From positions 103,364-167,363 of the IMG/VR virus record IMGVR_UViG_3300035670_000018: a DNA stretch of 64,000 bases, one strand, 5' to 3'. Source of the stretch: a virus. A program made the position numbers and the translations under genes. The notes beneath the pieces are model-generated. The model did no database searches, was not told where the DNA came from, and saw only the letters and a list, made by a program, of their open reading frames with translations. This document shows, one piece after another, positions 36,045-46,219 of this stretch (positions within the stretch are counted from its first letter, which is position 1; every line of letters begins with the position of its first letter).

Positions 36045-36817
36045 TTACCAGAGATATGTTAAAGCGTATAGCGCCAAATTCAAAAGAAGAGATAATTGCG
36101 CCTCTTGTTCAGTTTCTTAATCAACATATGCCTAGATATGAGGTAAATAATTATTTGCGTGTTTGTCATTTTCTTTCACAGGCCGCACATGAGTCTGCTT
36201 CTTTTAGAACATTAGAAGAATATGCATCGGGTGCAGCATATGAAGGTCGTAGAGATTTAGGTAATACACAAAGAGGTGATGGTGTACGATACAAAGGTCG
36301 TGGCATATTTCAATTGACAGGTCGCGCAAACTATCGCACTATTGGAGCTAAAATAGGTAAAGATTTAGAAAACAATCCTACTCTTGCTGCGACACATGAA
36401 GTATCTGTTTTGACAGCACTTGAATATTGGAATTCCAGAAATCTTAGCAGATGGGCAGATGCAGATAATGTTGAACGCATTACAAGGCTTATCAATGGCG
36501 GTCTGAATGGTTTTGATGATCGTAAGAAGTATCTTGCAAGATGTAAACAAATCATACCAAAAAACTTTTCTTTTGTACCACCGCCGCCTCCGCCAACTAA
36601 TCCTCTTGTGCCACCTATTGTTGTTGCAAAGCGCGGCGACAAATCTCCTTATATAAAAGACTTACAAGAGATGCTAATTCGCAAAGGTGCAAAAATATCA
36701 GCAGATGGAGATTTTGGACCAAGAACAGAACAAGCAGTTAAAGATTTCCAACAAGATAATAATCTTAAAGTAACAGGTCAGATTGATACTGACACATTAA
36801 ACAGGTTGATGGTATGA
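36041..36817 (+). CDS. Endolysin: GH19 domain plus C-terminal peptidoglycan-binding domain
   Basis: FLSQAAHES; YKGRGIFQLTGRANY; INGGLNG; DGDFGPRTEQAVKDFQ. Confidence 0.92.
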   Translation: MITRDMLKRIAPNSKEEIIAPLVQFLNQHMPRYEVNNYLRVCHFLSQAAHESASFRTLEEYASGAAYEGRRDLGNTQRGDGVRYKGRGIFQLTGRANYRTIGAKIGKDLENNPTLAATHEVSVLTALEYWNSRNLSRWADADNVERITRLINGGLNGFDDRKKYLARCKQIIPKNFSFVPPPPPPTNPLVPPIVVAKRGDKSPYIKDLQEMLIRKGAKISADGDFGPRTEQAVKDFQQDNNLKVTGQIDTDTLNRLMV

Positions 36818-37122
36818 AAGAATACAAAGAAGATTCTTGGCTAAAACAATACTGGAGACCAGCTGTTGCTTGGCAATACTTTATTGTATGTTTGTTTGAT
36901 TTCATTGTTTTTCCAGCAGCATCTATGGCGCTGCATAATCAACCATGGGATCCACTCACACTAAAAGAATCTGGATTTTATCATCTATCCATGTCTGCGA
37001 TTATAGGTGTTGCTGCTTGGACAAGAGGACAAGAAAAGATCAAAAGACTGTTTTTAGGTGATAGTACAGAAGAAGAAGTGGTTGTAGAAACAACTACACA
37101 AAAACCAACGAGAAACAAATGA
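36814..37122 (+). CDS. Holin-like membrane protein
   Basis: WRPA..W, two TM segments, next to the endolysin. Confidence 0.6.
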   Translation: MKEYKEDSWLKQYWRPAVAWQYFIVCLFDFIVFPAASMALHNQPWDPLTLKESGFYHLSMSAIIGVAAWTRGQEKIKRLFLGDSTEEEVVVETTTQKPTRNK

Positions 37123-37730
37123 AAACATTTAAACAATACCTCAATGAAATGAATCGTATTTTTCCCGATGTGGCTCCAAAAAAACAGTTTGGTGATGATA
37201 CAAAGATGAAATTGCTTTCTAAGGGTATGGTTCCACCTGAACAAAATCCAAACAAGCCTGTAGATACAACTGGAGCAAACTCTCCTTTTGCAGACAAAGC
37301 AGTCAAGTCATATAATGTAACTTCAGATAAACCGATGATAGGAAAAGATGATGCTGTAAAGAAAGCACTAGCAGCCAAAGGATATGGTCCTACAGGTGAG
37401 AAAATGAGAGCAACATCTTATCCTAATGTTCGTTCAGCAAGAGCAGGAATGGCAACAGATACCAAATTCAAGATTGCAGACGTAACAAAGAAGATCAATA
37501 CTCCTTCAGTAACACAAAAAGAACCTGTTATAAAACCAAAAGTTGGTTCTCTTGTAGCTTCACAATCTGGTTATCCAGCAGCAAAGAAGACACAAGCTCC
37601 TATTCCAAAAGCGAAGCCCGCAAATCTTACGCCTGAGAAAGAAACATTCAAACAGATTTTTGCAAGAACACCAGAGGGTCAAAAGTTTACTTGGAACGGT
37701 AAGACATATCTAAGAAAAACAAAGAAATAA
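37119..37730 (+). CDS. Probable internal head protein
   Basis: MKTFKQYLNE; C-terminal FTWNGKTY. Confidence 0.6.
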   Translation: MKTFKQYLNEMNRIFPDVAPKKQFGDDTKMKLLSKGMVPPEQNPNKPVDTTGANSPFADKAVKSYNVTSDKPMIGKDDAVKKALAAKGYGPTGEKMRATSYPNVRSARAGMATDTKFKIADVTKKINTPSVTQKEPVIKPKVGSLVASQSGYPAAKKTQAPIPKAKPANLTPEKETFKQIFARTPEGQKFTWNGKTYLRKTKK

Positions 37731-37740
37731 GAGGTAAACC

Positions 37741-38247
37741 ATGTTAGCACTACTATCACCGCTATTTGGTATTTTAGGAAGTCTATTGCCTTCCATTGTG
37801 AGAATTTTTGAGCGTAAGCAGGAGATTAAGTATGAGATTGAACTTACAAAGATCAAGTTGGATGCGGCCGAACGACAGGCCGATCTCACTTACAGTATTG
37901 AAATGGTTAAGAGTGACAGTCAGCTTCGACAATCTGCTCTTGATCATGATAAGTCTCTTGATGGTGGAAAGTTTATTAACGCACTACGCGCTTCTATCCG
38001 CCCTGTTATAACCTATACATTCTTCCTTCTATTCGTTGGTGTAAAGGTTGCAGCCGCATATGTTATGTTGTCAACTGGTCAATCTGTACCAGAGATGTTA
38101 AAAGCAGTATGGGATGTAGAAACAATGTCGCTGTTCTCTACCATTGTCGCATTCTGGTTTGGTAGCCGTGTAATGGAAAAGAGAGACGCTTTACCGCAAG
38201 TAAAGCCTCAAGTTACAGTAACAACAACAAAGAAGACCACTAAATAA
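37741..38247 (+). CDS. Three-TM holin-like protein
   Basis: SIRPVITY...FWFGSR. Confidence 0.65.
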   Translation: MLALLSPLFGILGSLLPSIVRIFERKQEIKYEIELTKIKLDAAERQADLTYSIEMVKSDSQLRQSALDHDKSLDGGKFINALRASIRPVITYTFFLLFVGVKVAAAYVMLSTGQSVPEMLKAVWDVETMSLFSTIVAFWFGSRVMEKRDALPQVKPQVTVTTTKKTTK

Positions 38248-38265
38248 ACAAAAGGGTTAATCGTC

Positions 38266-38742
38266 GTGGCTTTAGAACAAGACAATCGAATTGAAATAGA
38301 ACTACTCAAAAAAGACATAACAACAATGGCAGCATTGTTGGAAAAATTTGACACGACGATTGACAAAATGCAAGAGATTGCATCGAGTCTGTCACGAATG
38401 GTATCTTTGCAAGAGCAGAGACTTGAAACACAGGAAAAGATAACCAGGGAAGTGCAGGAATTGCTAGAAATGCGAAGACAAGAGCATAACAATAACATAA
38501 AAGATGTGTATAATCGCATTAACACTGTAAACAAAGAACTGACAGACAAGATTGAGAACACTGAAAGAACCATTCTTGGTGAAATAAAGAACCTAAGAGA
38601 TGAGTTGTCAAAGAACAAAGAAGGTATCGGTGATAGACTTGGCAAGATTGAAACTTGGAAGTATGGTGTTGGTATTGTCATTGTTGTTCTTGCTTGGCTT
38701 GCTGGGCAGACAAACGTTTTAGAAAATCTGATAGGAAAATAA
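38266..38742 (+). CDS. Coiled-coil protein with C-terminal TM segment
   Basis: Heptad-rich; hydrophobic tail; follows CTAAATA. Confidence 0.6.
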   Translation: MALEQDNRIEIELLKKDITTMAALLEKFDTTIDKMQEIASSLSRMVSLQEQRLETQEKITREVQELLEMRRQEHNNNIKDVYNRINTVNKELTDKIENTERTILGEIKNLRDELSKNKEGIGDRLGKIETWKYGVGIVIVVLAWLAGQTNVLENLIGK

Positions 38743-38743
38743 A

Positions 38744-38977
38744 ATGAACATCAAAGAAAAGTTTTATGCTAAGTTAGAACAGCTAAATGAACTTCGTGGT
38801 AAAGGTACAGTTGATAAGAAAGAAATGCAAAAGCATATTCGTCGCAAGCACGATGATGCATGGGAAAAGACACAGCGCATCCGTAAGGAAAAGAAGTCAG
38901 CTGGTCCTGCTGATACCAAAGATATGGACAAATACAGAAATCGTCTGGCAAGAATGCATAATAAACTAGACAAGTAA
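38744..38977 (+). CDS. Small basic hypothetical protein
   Basis: ORF track. Confidence 0.5.
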   Translation: MNIKEKFYAKLEQLNELRGKGTVDKKEMQKHIRRKHDDAWEKTQRIRKEKKSAGPADTKDMDKYRNRLARMHNKLDK

Positions 38978-39035
38978 CCGTTGACTTTCTAGCACCATCT
39001 GTTATAATGCCATCTAAGTACAACTAGGTGGCATT

Positions 39036-40040
39036 ATGTCTTTATACATTGACAAGAAGTTCGTTTCCTTAGTTTCTCCTAAACTGGAACGTTTCAAGCA
39101 AAAATCGGAATACTTGTGGAACTGTCGCTGCAAACTTTGCGGTGATTCCAGTAAGAACAAAGGTAAGGCTCGCGGCTATTTCTATCGTCGCAAGTCAGAC
39201 CTGTTCTATACTTGCCATAACTGTGGAACAAGTCTTTCTCTTGGCAACTTCCTCAAGGTTGTTGATCCATCACTGTATCGTGAGTATCAGATGGAACGTT
39301 TCAAGAATGAGTCATCTGGTAATGTAGCAAAACCTGACTTTGCAATCGCTAAAGCAAAGCCAGTGTTCAAGAAGCGCATTGACTTGCCGACTATTGCATT
39401 GTTGCCTTCTGGACACTATGCAAAAGAGTATCTGAAGGATCGCAAGATACCAAGCGAAAAACTCAATGATATATACTATGCTGAGAACTTCAAAGCGTTC
39501 GTCATGGAAATGCTTCCTGACTATGAGAAGACACTGTACGATGAACCACGCATTGTGTTTCCTTTCTATGATGAAGAAAAGAATCTGCTTGGTGTACAAG
39601 GTCGTGCTTTGAATAATTCCAAAATCAAGTACATCACAATCAAGCTTGATGATGATAACAGAAAGGTATTTGGCCTTGATCGCGTAGATTTCAACAAAAG
39701 AATCTATGTTGTAGAAGGTCCAATTGATTCTCTGTTCTTGCAGAATTCACTTGCAACTATGGATGCTTCGCTTTCAAACATCGTTACACTCTTAGGTAAT
39801 CACGATTATGTTTTCGTACATGATAACGAATGTCGCAATTCTGCTATTGTAAACCAGATGGAAAAGACTATAGCCAAAAATAAAAATATTTTTATTTGGC
39901 CCCAAGATGTAGTTGCAAAAGATATAAACGACTGGATCCTGACAGGAACGACATCTGCTGAAATTCAAAGTCTTATAGATAGAAATACGTTCAACTCGCT
40001 CCGAGCGAAACTTGAGTTTGAAAGATGGCGGAAAGTTTAG
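39036..40040 (+). CDS. gp61: DNA primase (T4 gp61-like)
   Basis: CKLCGDS...CHNCG zinc finger; VVEGPIDS; KDIND. Confidence 0.95.
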   Translation: MSLYIDKKFVSLVSPKLERFKQKSEYLWNCRCKLCGDSSKNKGKARGYFYRRKSDLFYTCHNCGTSLSLGNFLKVVDPSLYREYQMERFKNESSGNVAKPDFAIAKAKPVFKKRIDLPTIALLPSGHYAKEYLKDRKIPSEKLNDIYYAENFKAFVMEMLPDYEKTLYDEPRIVFPFYDEEKNLLGVQGRALNNSKIKYITIKLDDDNRKVFGLDRVDFNKRIYVVEGPIDSLFLQNSLATMDASLSNIVTLLGNHDYVFVHDNECRNSAIVNQMEKTIAKNKNIFIWPQDVVAKDINDWILTGTTSAEIQSLIDRNTFNSLRAKLEFERWRKV

Positions 40041-40657
40041 ACTTTTATGTGTATGCTTACGTTCGTGAAAATGGATCACCATACTACATTGGTAAAGGCC
40101 GAGCGCATCGCGCGTACAAGAAACATGGAAAAGTTCCTGTTCCTAAAGATCCGAATAGAATAGTTTTTCTTGAATCCAATCTTACTAACATTGGTGCATG
40201 TGCATTAGAACGTAGATACATTAGATGGTTTGGACGGAAAGACCAGAAAACAGGTATACTTCTGAATCGAACAGAAGGTGGTGAAGGTGTTCCTGGATAT
40301 ACTCATACATATGAGACGCGACAAAAACTAAGCACAACCACAAAACAATCAATGACTACTGAACGATTAGAACATATGCGTAGAGTGTATACAGGCAACT
40401 CATATAACAAAGGTAACAAATGGTCTGACATCCAGAAACAAAAAATGAGTGACTTGAAGAGAAGTCAAGGTAGTAACTGGACAGATGACCTTAGATTGAA
40501 AATGAGCATTTTGAGACGCGGTAAAAAGATAGAAAACTATCCTAAGAATAGAAAGTTGCATGATGTTGTTATTTGTCCTCATTGTGATAAGTCAGGCAAA
40601 TCAAACATAATGTATAGATGGCATTTTGATAGATGTAAGATGAAGGAAATAGCATGA
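40025..40657 (+). CDS. GIY-YIG-family homing endonuclease with C-terminal CxxC
   Basis: YVYAY...YYIGKG...R; L.NRTEGGEG; CPHC...RWHFDRC. Confidence 0.85.
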   Translation: MAESLDFYVYAYVRENGSPYYIGKGRAHRAYKKHGKVPVPKDPNRIVFLESNLTNIGACALERRYIRWFGRKDQKTGILLNRTEGGEGVPGYTHTYETRQKLSTTTKQSMTTERLEHMRRVYTGNSYNKGNKWSDIQKQKMSDLKRSQGSNWTDDLRLKMSILRRGKKIENYPKNRKLHDVVICPHCDKSGKSNIMYRWHFDRCKMKEIA

Positions 40658-40914
40658 AAGGTGTAAGACAGTTTAGAAAACGTCCAGTCGTTATAGAAGC
40701 AATGCAGTTAACAGATGCAACGTCTGTACTGGACATTGAAGAGTGGATAAACAGCCCTACAACTGGTTATCAAACTAATCCACCGACAATCTGGATCGAT
40801 ACATTAGAAGGTCGCATGACAGCAAATGCAGGTGACTGGATTATCAAGGGTGTGAACGGTGAGTTCTACCCATGCAAAGACGAAATCTTTATCAAGACAT
40901 ATCAGGAAGTATAA
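40654..40914 (+). CDS. PGDYG-like phage protein
   Basis: RKRPVVIEA...TLEG...[16 protein letters not shown]. Confidence 0.75.
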   Translation: MKGVRQFRKRPVVIEAMQLTDATSVLDIEEWINSPTTGYQTNPPTIWIDTLEGRMTANAGDWIIKGVNGEFYPCKDEIFIKTYQEV

Positions 40915-40915
40915 T

Positions 40916-41611
40916 ATGAATAGTGTGAAGTTAGTTGGAATTACAAATCCGCAAATCCGTATACCTGTTGAAGATGCTGAACCTGGAACGTTCATGCTTC
41001 TTAGCCCAGAAAGCTTTATTGCATACTGTGCAAGAGTTAGTAATCCTTCAAATCAAAACAATACTGAAACGGCTGAAAAGCTGCTCAAGTATCTTGTGAA
41101 GCACAAGCATTGGAGCCCCCTAGAAATGGTCAATATAGTGTTAGAGATAACCACTACTAGGGACATTGCGAGACAAATTCTTCGTCATAGGTCATTCAGC
41201 TTTCAGGAGTTTTCACAAAGATACGCTGCCGTGACAGAAATGAGCGTGCCCCGCGAAGCCCGTTGGCAAGACACAAAGAATCGCCAGAACAGCATTGAGA
41301 TTTTTAATGATGAAACGGGCATAACTGATACATGGCACGATATGCAAAAAGCATTGATTGAACATGCACAAGAAAACTATGAATGGGCCATCAATAACGG
41401 CATCGCAAAGGAAGTTGCTCGTTCTGTTCTTCCTGAAGGTCTTACTATGAGTTGCATGTACGTCAATGGTAACCTTCGGAGCTGGGTGCATTATTGCCAG
41501 TTGCGTATGGACCCATCAACTCAAAAAGAACACCGTGAGATTGCTACACAATGTTGGAACATCATCACTGAGCAATTTCCCTCGCTCAAGAATGTACTAG
41601 ACAATCAATAA
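40916..41611 (+). CDS. thyX: Flavin-dependent thymidylate synthase
   Basis: RQILRHRSFSFQEFSQRY; HWSPLE; TQKEHR. Confidence 0.95.
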   Translation: MNSVKLVGITNPQIRIPVEDAEPGTFMLLSPESFIAYCARVSNPSNQNNTETAEKLLKYLVKHKHWSPLEMVNIVLEITTTRDIARQILRHRSFSFQEFSQRYAAVTEMSVPREARWQDTKNRQNSIEIFNDETGITDTWHDMQKALIEHAQENYEWAINNGIAKEVARSVLPEGLTMSCMYVNGNLRSWVHYCQLRMDPSTQKEHREIATQCWNIITEQFPSLKNVLDNQ

Positions 41612-41632
41612 AAACAATTTAGGAGTATTCGT

Positions 41633-43564
41633 ATGTCAGGCAGTAATATGTTACCGTCACTCTATCAGGAATTCATTCACAAATCAAGATACGCAAGATG
41701 GCTGTGGGATGAGAACCGTAGAGAGAACTGGGATGAAACAGTCGCTAGGTATTTCAACTTCTTTGATGAGCATATCAAGGAAGTTACTGGTTACACAGTT
41801 ACACCAGAAGAGCGTAAGCAGCTAGAAGAAGCTGTACTCAATCTTGAAATTATGCCGTCAATGCGTTGCTTGATGACTGCTGGTGAAGCACTCAAGCGTG
41901 AGAATGTTGCTGGCTATAACTGTTCGTATGTTGCTGTTGATAGCCCTCGTTCGTTTGATGAAATCCTTTACATTCTTATGAATGGTACTGGTGTTGGATT
42001 TTCTGTTGAGTCTAAGTATGTGGATCAACTGCCTGTGATCCCTGATGAACTATATCCAACTGACACAACTATTCAGGTTGCAGACTCAAAGCTTGGTTGG
42101 GCAAAGGCTCTCAAGGAACTGGTGCATCTTCTGTATGCTGGCCAGATTCCAAGTTGGGACGTTACTAAGGTTCGTCCTGCTGGTGCACCTCTCAAGACAT
42201 TTGGTGGTCGTGCATCTGGGCCGCAGCCGCTGACTGATCTATTCAAGTTCACTATTGCAACATTCAAGAAGGCTGCTGGTCGTCGTTTGACTACATTGGA
42301 GGCACATGATATCGTTTGTAAGATCGCTGAGATTGTGGTTGTCGGTGGCGTTCGTAGATCGGCGCTTATTTCTCTATCTGACCTTAGCGATGATAGAATG
42401 CGTGTTGCTAAGTCTGGCGACTGGTGGAAAGAGAATGTCCAACGCGCTCTTGCTAACAACTCTTTCGTTGCGAAGGAAAAGCCTGATGTTGGCCTCTTCA
42501 TGCGTGAGTGGCTTTCCCTCTATGAGTCGCGCTCTGGCGAACGCGGCATTTTTAGTAGAACTGCGTCTAAGAAGCAGGCTGAGAAGTTCGGACGCCGAGA
42601 CGCTGATCACGATTTCGGCACCAATCCATGTTCTGAAATCATTCTACGTTCCAGAGAGTTCTGTAATCTCACAGAGGTTGTCGTTCGTGGAGATGACACT
42701 CCCGAGTCCCTCAAGCGCAAGGTCAAACTCGCGACCATTCTTGGTACATTCCAATCCACACTTACCAACTTCAAATACCTAAGCAAGAAGTGGAAAGAGA
42801 ACTGTGAGGAAGAGCGTTTGCTTGGTGTGTCATTGACTGGTATCATGGACAATGAATTCACAAATGGTAAGGTCGCAGGTGTTGCTCATCTTGGACCAAT
42901 GTTGGAGGGACTACGAAATGAAGCTGTTGAGACTAATAAGATATGGGCTGCTAAACTTGGTATTCCTGTCTCCGCTGCTATTACTTGCGTTAAACCTAGT
43001 GGAACTGTTTCTGCCCTTGTAGACTCTGCAAGTGGTATTCACGCAAGACACGCTCCTTATTACATTCGTACCGTAAGAGCAGATAAGAAGGATCCTCTTG
43101 CAAAGATGATGAAAGATATGGGCTTCCCATGTGAAGATGATGTAATGAAGCCAGACCACACTTATGTTTTCTCATTCCCAATGAAGTCGCCAGATCATGC
43201 AGTATTTCGTAAGGATCTTTCTGCCATTGATCAACTTGAAATCTGGCTCACATATCAGCGCCATTGGGCAGAGCATAAGCCTTCTATTACTGTTTCCGTA
43301 AAAGAAGATGAATGGCCTGAAGTTGGTGCTTGGGTATATAAGAACTTTGATGAACTTTCCGGCGTTTCATTTTTGCCATTCAGTGATACAACGTATAAGC
43401 AAATGCCTTATCAAGATTGCTCTAAGGAAGAATATGAAGAACTACTCGCAAAGATGCCGAAGAGTATTGAATGGTCTGATTTGGCAAAATATGAAAAGTC
43501 AGATACCACCACAGGAAGTCAGGAACTTGCTTGCAATGCTGCCGGCGGAGGATGCGAGATATAG
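41633..43564 (+). CDS. nrdJ: Class II (adenosylcobalamin-dependent) ribonucleotide reductase
   Basis: TNPCSEI, FCNLTE, VKPSGT, C-terminal C..GGCEI; no small-subunit gene adjacent. Confidence 0.85.
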   Translation: MSGSNMLPSLYQEFIHKSRYARWLWDENRRENWDETVARYFNFFDEHIKEVTGYTVTPEERKQLEEAVLNLEIMPSMRCLMTAGEALKRENVAGYNCSYVAVDSPRSFDEILYILMNGTGVGFSVESKYVDQLPVIPDELYPTDTTIQVADSKLGWAKALKELVHLLYAGQIPSWDVTKVRPAGAPLKTFGGRASGPQPLTDLFKFTIATFKKAAGRRLTTLEAHDIVCKIAEIVVVGGVRRSALISLSDLSDDRMRVAKSGDWWKENVQRALANNSFVAKEKPDVGLFMREWLSLYESRSGERGIFSRTASKKQAEKFGRRDADHDFGTNPCSEIILRSREFCNLTEVVVRGDDTPESLKRKVKLATILGTFQSTLTNFKYLSKKWKENCEEERLLGVSLTGIMDNEFTNGKVAGVAHLGPMLEGLRNEAVETNKIWAAKLGIPVSAAITCVKPSGTVSALVDSASGIHARHAPYYIRTVRADKKDPLAKMMKDMGFPCEDDVMKPDHTYVFSFPMKSPDHAVFRKDLSAIDQLEIWLTYQRHWAEHKPSITVSVKEDEWPEVGAWVYKNFDELSGVSFLPFSDTTYKQMPYQDCSKEEYEELLAKMPKSIEWSDLAKYEKSDTTTGSQELACNAAGGGCEI

Positions 43565-44094
43565 CATTCAGTATGTCCTCCAAACTTGATTTGGGGCATA
43601 TACAAACAGGACTTGTATGTTTGTTTATACTCTTGTTCTTTAAGATAAGCAGCATACAAGTCCATCTTTTCTTCTAATATAACATCATACGAATATGGAA
43701 GTCTACCTCTGTGTCGTTCTCTTGCAGTTGATGTTGTAATGCCAAACTTGAAAAAAGACTCATTATCGTTATAAACATGAAGAACATAAAATGTTCCTGA
43801 AATGGTTTTGAGTTCAGGCTTCTTCTTGAACAGTTTTTCGCTATAATGTCCTTCTCTCTTTGTGGTAACAGTGTTTCTTAGGGCAAGTTCTATCTGTTGC
43901 TTCTTGGTTTTTTTGACGCCAAAAGTAACACACCACTTATCAACGGTGCCTTTAGAAACACCATAGTGAATAGCAAGTTTTTTGCGGGATTTGTTTTGAA
44001 CTTCGTAGAGATTGATAAACTCATCCTGATTGGGTAAAGGGATCTTACCGTCAGGTTGTCCAAAACGAAGAGGTTGAGTTCTATATATAGTCAT
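43519..44094 (-). CDS. Putative endonuclease: N-terminal HTH, C-terminal GIY-YIG-like domain
   Basis: LAIHYGVSKGTV HTH; FYVL...FKFGIT...R; GGHTECY. Confidence 0.7.
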   Translation of the reverse strand: MTIYRTQPLRFGQPDGKIPLPNQDEFINLYEVQNKSRKKLAIHYGVSKGTVDKWCVTFGVKKTKKQQIELALRNTVTTKREGHYSEKLFKKKPELKTISGTFYVLHVYNDNESFFKFGITTSTARERHRGRLPYSYDVILEEKMDLYAAYLKEQEYKQTYKSCLYMPQIKFGGHTECYISHPPPAALQASS

Positions 44095-44177
44095 AGCTGA
44101 TGCTCCTTGTAAGCGTTAGAGTAGATGGGTGCTTCCAACACCGCGATCTACATATATTTAGTAAACAGGAATTGCAT

Positions 44178-44342
44178 ATGAGCAAAGAAGTTGAGAAAAA
44201 AACATGTGGCTATTGTGAATCCACATACAAGATATTATATGACTACGAAGAAACCACAGGATCACCAAGATATTGCCCATATTGCGGTGAGGAATGCTAT
44301 AATGAAGATGAAGTGAACTTAGAGGAAAATGAAGATGAGTAA
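44178..44342 (+). CDS. Zinc-ribbon protein
   Basis: CGYC...CPYCG, acidic tail. Confidence 0.65.
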   Translation: MSKEVEKKTCGYCESTYKILYDYEETTGSPRYCPYCGEECYNEDEVNLEENEDE

Positions 44343-44473
44343 GATTTGGAACTGGTTTCTTACACCGTATGATGAAGATCAGTTTTCATCATATCTACAC
44401 AGTGGAGTTGGTTATGGTGGTATGATCTATGCACCATATGAGGTCGCAAGAAAGAAACATCATGGTGTAGGTC

Positions 44474-44812
44474 ATGGAGGTGTCTATGACTGACCGTGTA
44501 CCTGATTATGCAAAAGGTTTCAAAGACGGTTTTGCTGCTGGTCTTGAAGAAGGTAAGAAGCTTGCACCAAAAGAGCAAAAGTATAATCCATGGATTGACA
44601 CTGGTCCATATGTTGGTGAAGTGAAAGAAAGCTGCCCCAAGTGTGGTATCAAGATTAGCGGTGTAATGAACTATGTTTGCGCTTCACCAAACTGTCCAAC
44701 ATTTCCACAAATAACATGCGGCACACCAATGACAGGTCAAACAACATGGGAAAATGTTGGTACAGTAGGTTCTGCATACAAGTATGATGCCAGAGGATGG
44801 AGAATAGAGTAA
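44474..44812 (+). CDS. Hypothetical protein with Cys cluster
   Basis: CPKCG...C....C. Confidence 0.5.
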   Translation: MEVSMTDRVPDYAKGFKDGFAAGLEEGKKLAPKEQKYNPWIDTGPYVGEVKESCPKCGIKISGVMNYVCASPNCPTFPQITCGTPMTGQTTWENVGTVGSAYKYDARGWRIE

Positions 44813-44833
44813 CATACATACTCCATAGGGAGT

Positions 44834-45244
44834 ATGATCATGTGGCTATACAACGACAAAGAGATTGGTGATGATGATATTGAAGGTTATGCTTCATTCG
44901 TGTACATGATCACCAATCTTGAAACTGGTAAGAGGTATCTTGGTAAAAAAATCTTCAAGTCGATCCAAAGAAAGAAAGTCAAAGGAAAGACACGAAAGAA
45001 AAAAGTCACAAAAGATAGTGACTGGAAATCCTACTACGGATCTAACAAACTACTACAAGAAGATGTTAAGAGATTGGGATCAGATCGATTCAAAAGAGAA
45101 ATCCTAAAACTCTGTAAGACACGCGGCACAGCTTCTTATTGGGAAGCAAAGTATCAGATGCAGCATGAGGTGCTGGAAAATCCTGATCTTTGGTATAATG
45201 ATTGGATCATGTGTAAGGTTCACCGCTCACATATCAAAGACTGA
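44834..45244 (+). CDS. Endonuclease II (DenA)-like GIY-YIG nuclease
   Basis: FVYMITN...YLGKK...DW..YYGS...YN..I. Confidence 0.75.
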   Translation: MIMWLYNDKEIGDDDIEGYASFVYMITNLETGKRYLGKKIFKSIQRKKVKGKTRKKKVTKDSDWKSYYGSNKLLQEDVKRLGSDRFKREILKLCKTRGTASYWEAKYQMQHEVLENPDLWYNDWIMCKVHRSHIKD

Positions 45245-45327
45245 CTGCGACACTCTGTCATGTTGCAATGCACAACGAGAAATACTATATACTAGTGTAT
45301 CACAACATGACTGAAAGGAGTCCTACC

Positions 45328-45510
45328 ATGATTGCATGGGGAAGAGCATTTATCGCGGCCATGAACGGTTTTCGTTCAACAAGTGAAACGAGTCTAACAA
45401 GAATGTTTCGCGTGGAATACAATAGAGAGTACCAACATCTGAAAAAGTTTGGATGTGAAATAAATGATAGTTTCGTGAAACAATTCTTAGCAGACAGAAA
45501 ACAATCATAA
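45328..45510 (+). CDS. Small hypothetical protein
   Basis: AAGGAG SD. Confidence 0.55.
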   Translation: MIAWGRAFIAAMNGFRSTSETSLTRMFRVEYNREYQHLKKFGCEINDSFVKQFLADRKQS

Positions 45511-45545
45511 TCTACCTATAGTAGCATTTACTACCAAAACCAGCT

Positions 45546-45612
45546 ATGCATTCCATGTATGGCTGGTATTCTATTTCCAACGTTGAAATTCCTGGGTTCC
45601 GACCCCATATCT
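45546..45612 (+). promoter_or_regulatory. Repeated promoter copy 4 (degenerate box)
   Basis: ATGC-N7-GTAT-N7-ATTC-N10-GTTGAA-N15-CCCCATATCT. Confidence 0.7.
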
Positions 45613-45680
45613 AGTACATGATGATGAGAAAGATCCCCCTGTTCCGCACCCTCTACCGCTTCTTCATTGGCCCGCTTCCT

Positions 45681-45745
45681 ATGCGTCCCGCGCATAGCTG
45701 ATATGCGTTCGGAAGACTTGAAATTCTGACTTGCCGATCTTATAT
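45681..45745 (+). promoter_or_regulatory. Repeated promoter copy 5
   Basis: ATGC-N7-GCAT-N7-ATGC-N10-CTTGAA-N15-TCTTATAT. Confidence 0.78.
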
Positions 45746-45773
45746 ATTGTATATGACAGACAGAAAGGTTCCC

Positions 45774-46064
45774 ATGTCCTACGTTGTTTTTCAGACTGCC
45801 AACACCCGCTACGCTGGGAAAAAGGCTAAGTATGACGACCCGATCTTTGAGTCGCTTGCTGCGGCCAAGTCTCATATGTCGCGCTTGATCAAGTCTGGGA
45901 AGTTTACCGCTGATCAACTTGCTGTTGCTGAAGCTGACTACTATCACGACCACATTGAAGCGATTGTGCAGCGCACTAATCTCATGAGCGGAAAGCCGTT
46001 CTTTGAGCGTATCAATACGCCGCACTATTGTTCGTCGTCTTCTGAAACTTACTGGAGCATGTAA
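45774..46064 (+). CDS. Hypothetical protein, probably early
   Basis: NLMSG...TPHYCSSSSETYWSM C-terminus; follows repeated promoter. Confidence 0.65.
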   Translation: MSYVVFQTANTRYAGKKAKYDDPIFESLAAAKSHMSRLIKSGKFTADQLAVAEADYYHDHIEAIVQRTNLMSGKPFFERINTPHYCSSSSETYWSM

Positions 46065-46219
46065 TGTCTAGAATGTCCGCGTCTGAAATCCGTGAAATGT
46101 TTGACATGAACCCCAACATGACAGTGGCTCAGCTTGCGCGAATAGCAGGCATCACTGTCGATCAAGTCAAGCGTATTCTGATGCAATCTGTAACCTGCCC
46201 CTTCTAAGGAGAAAAACTA

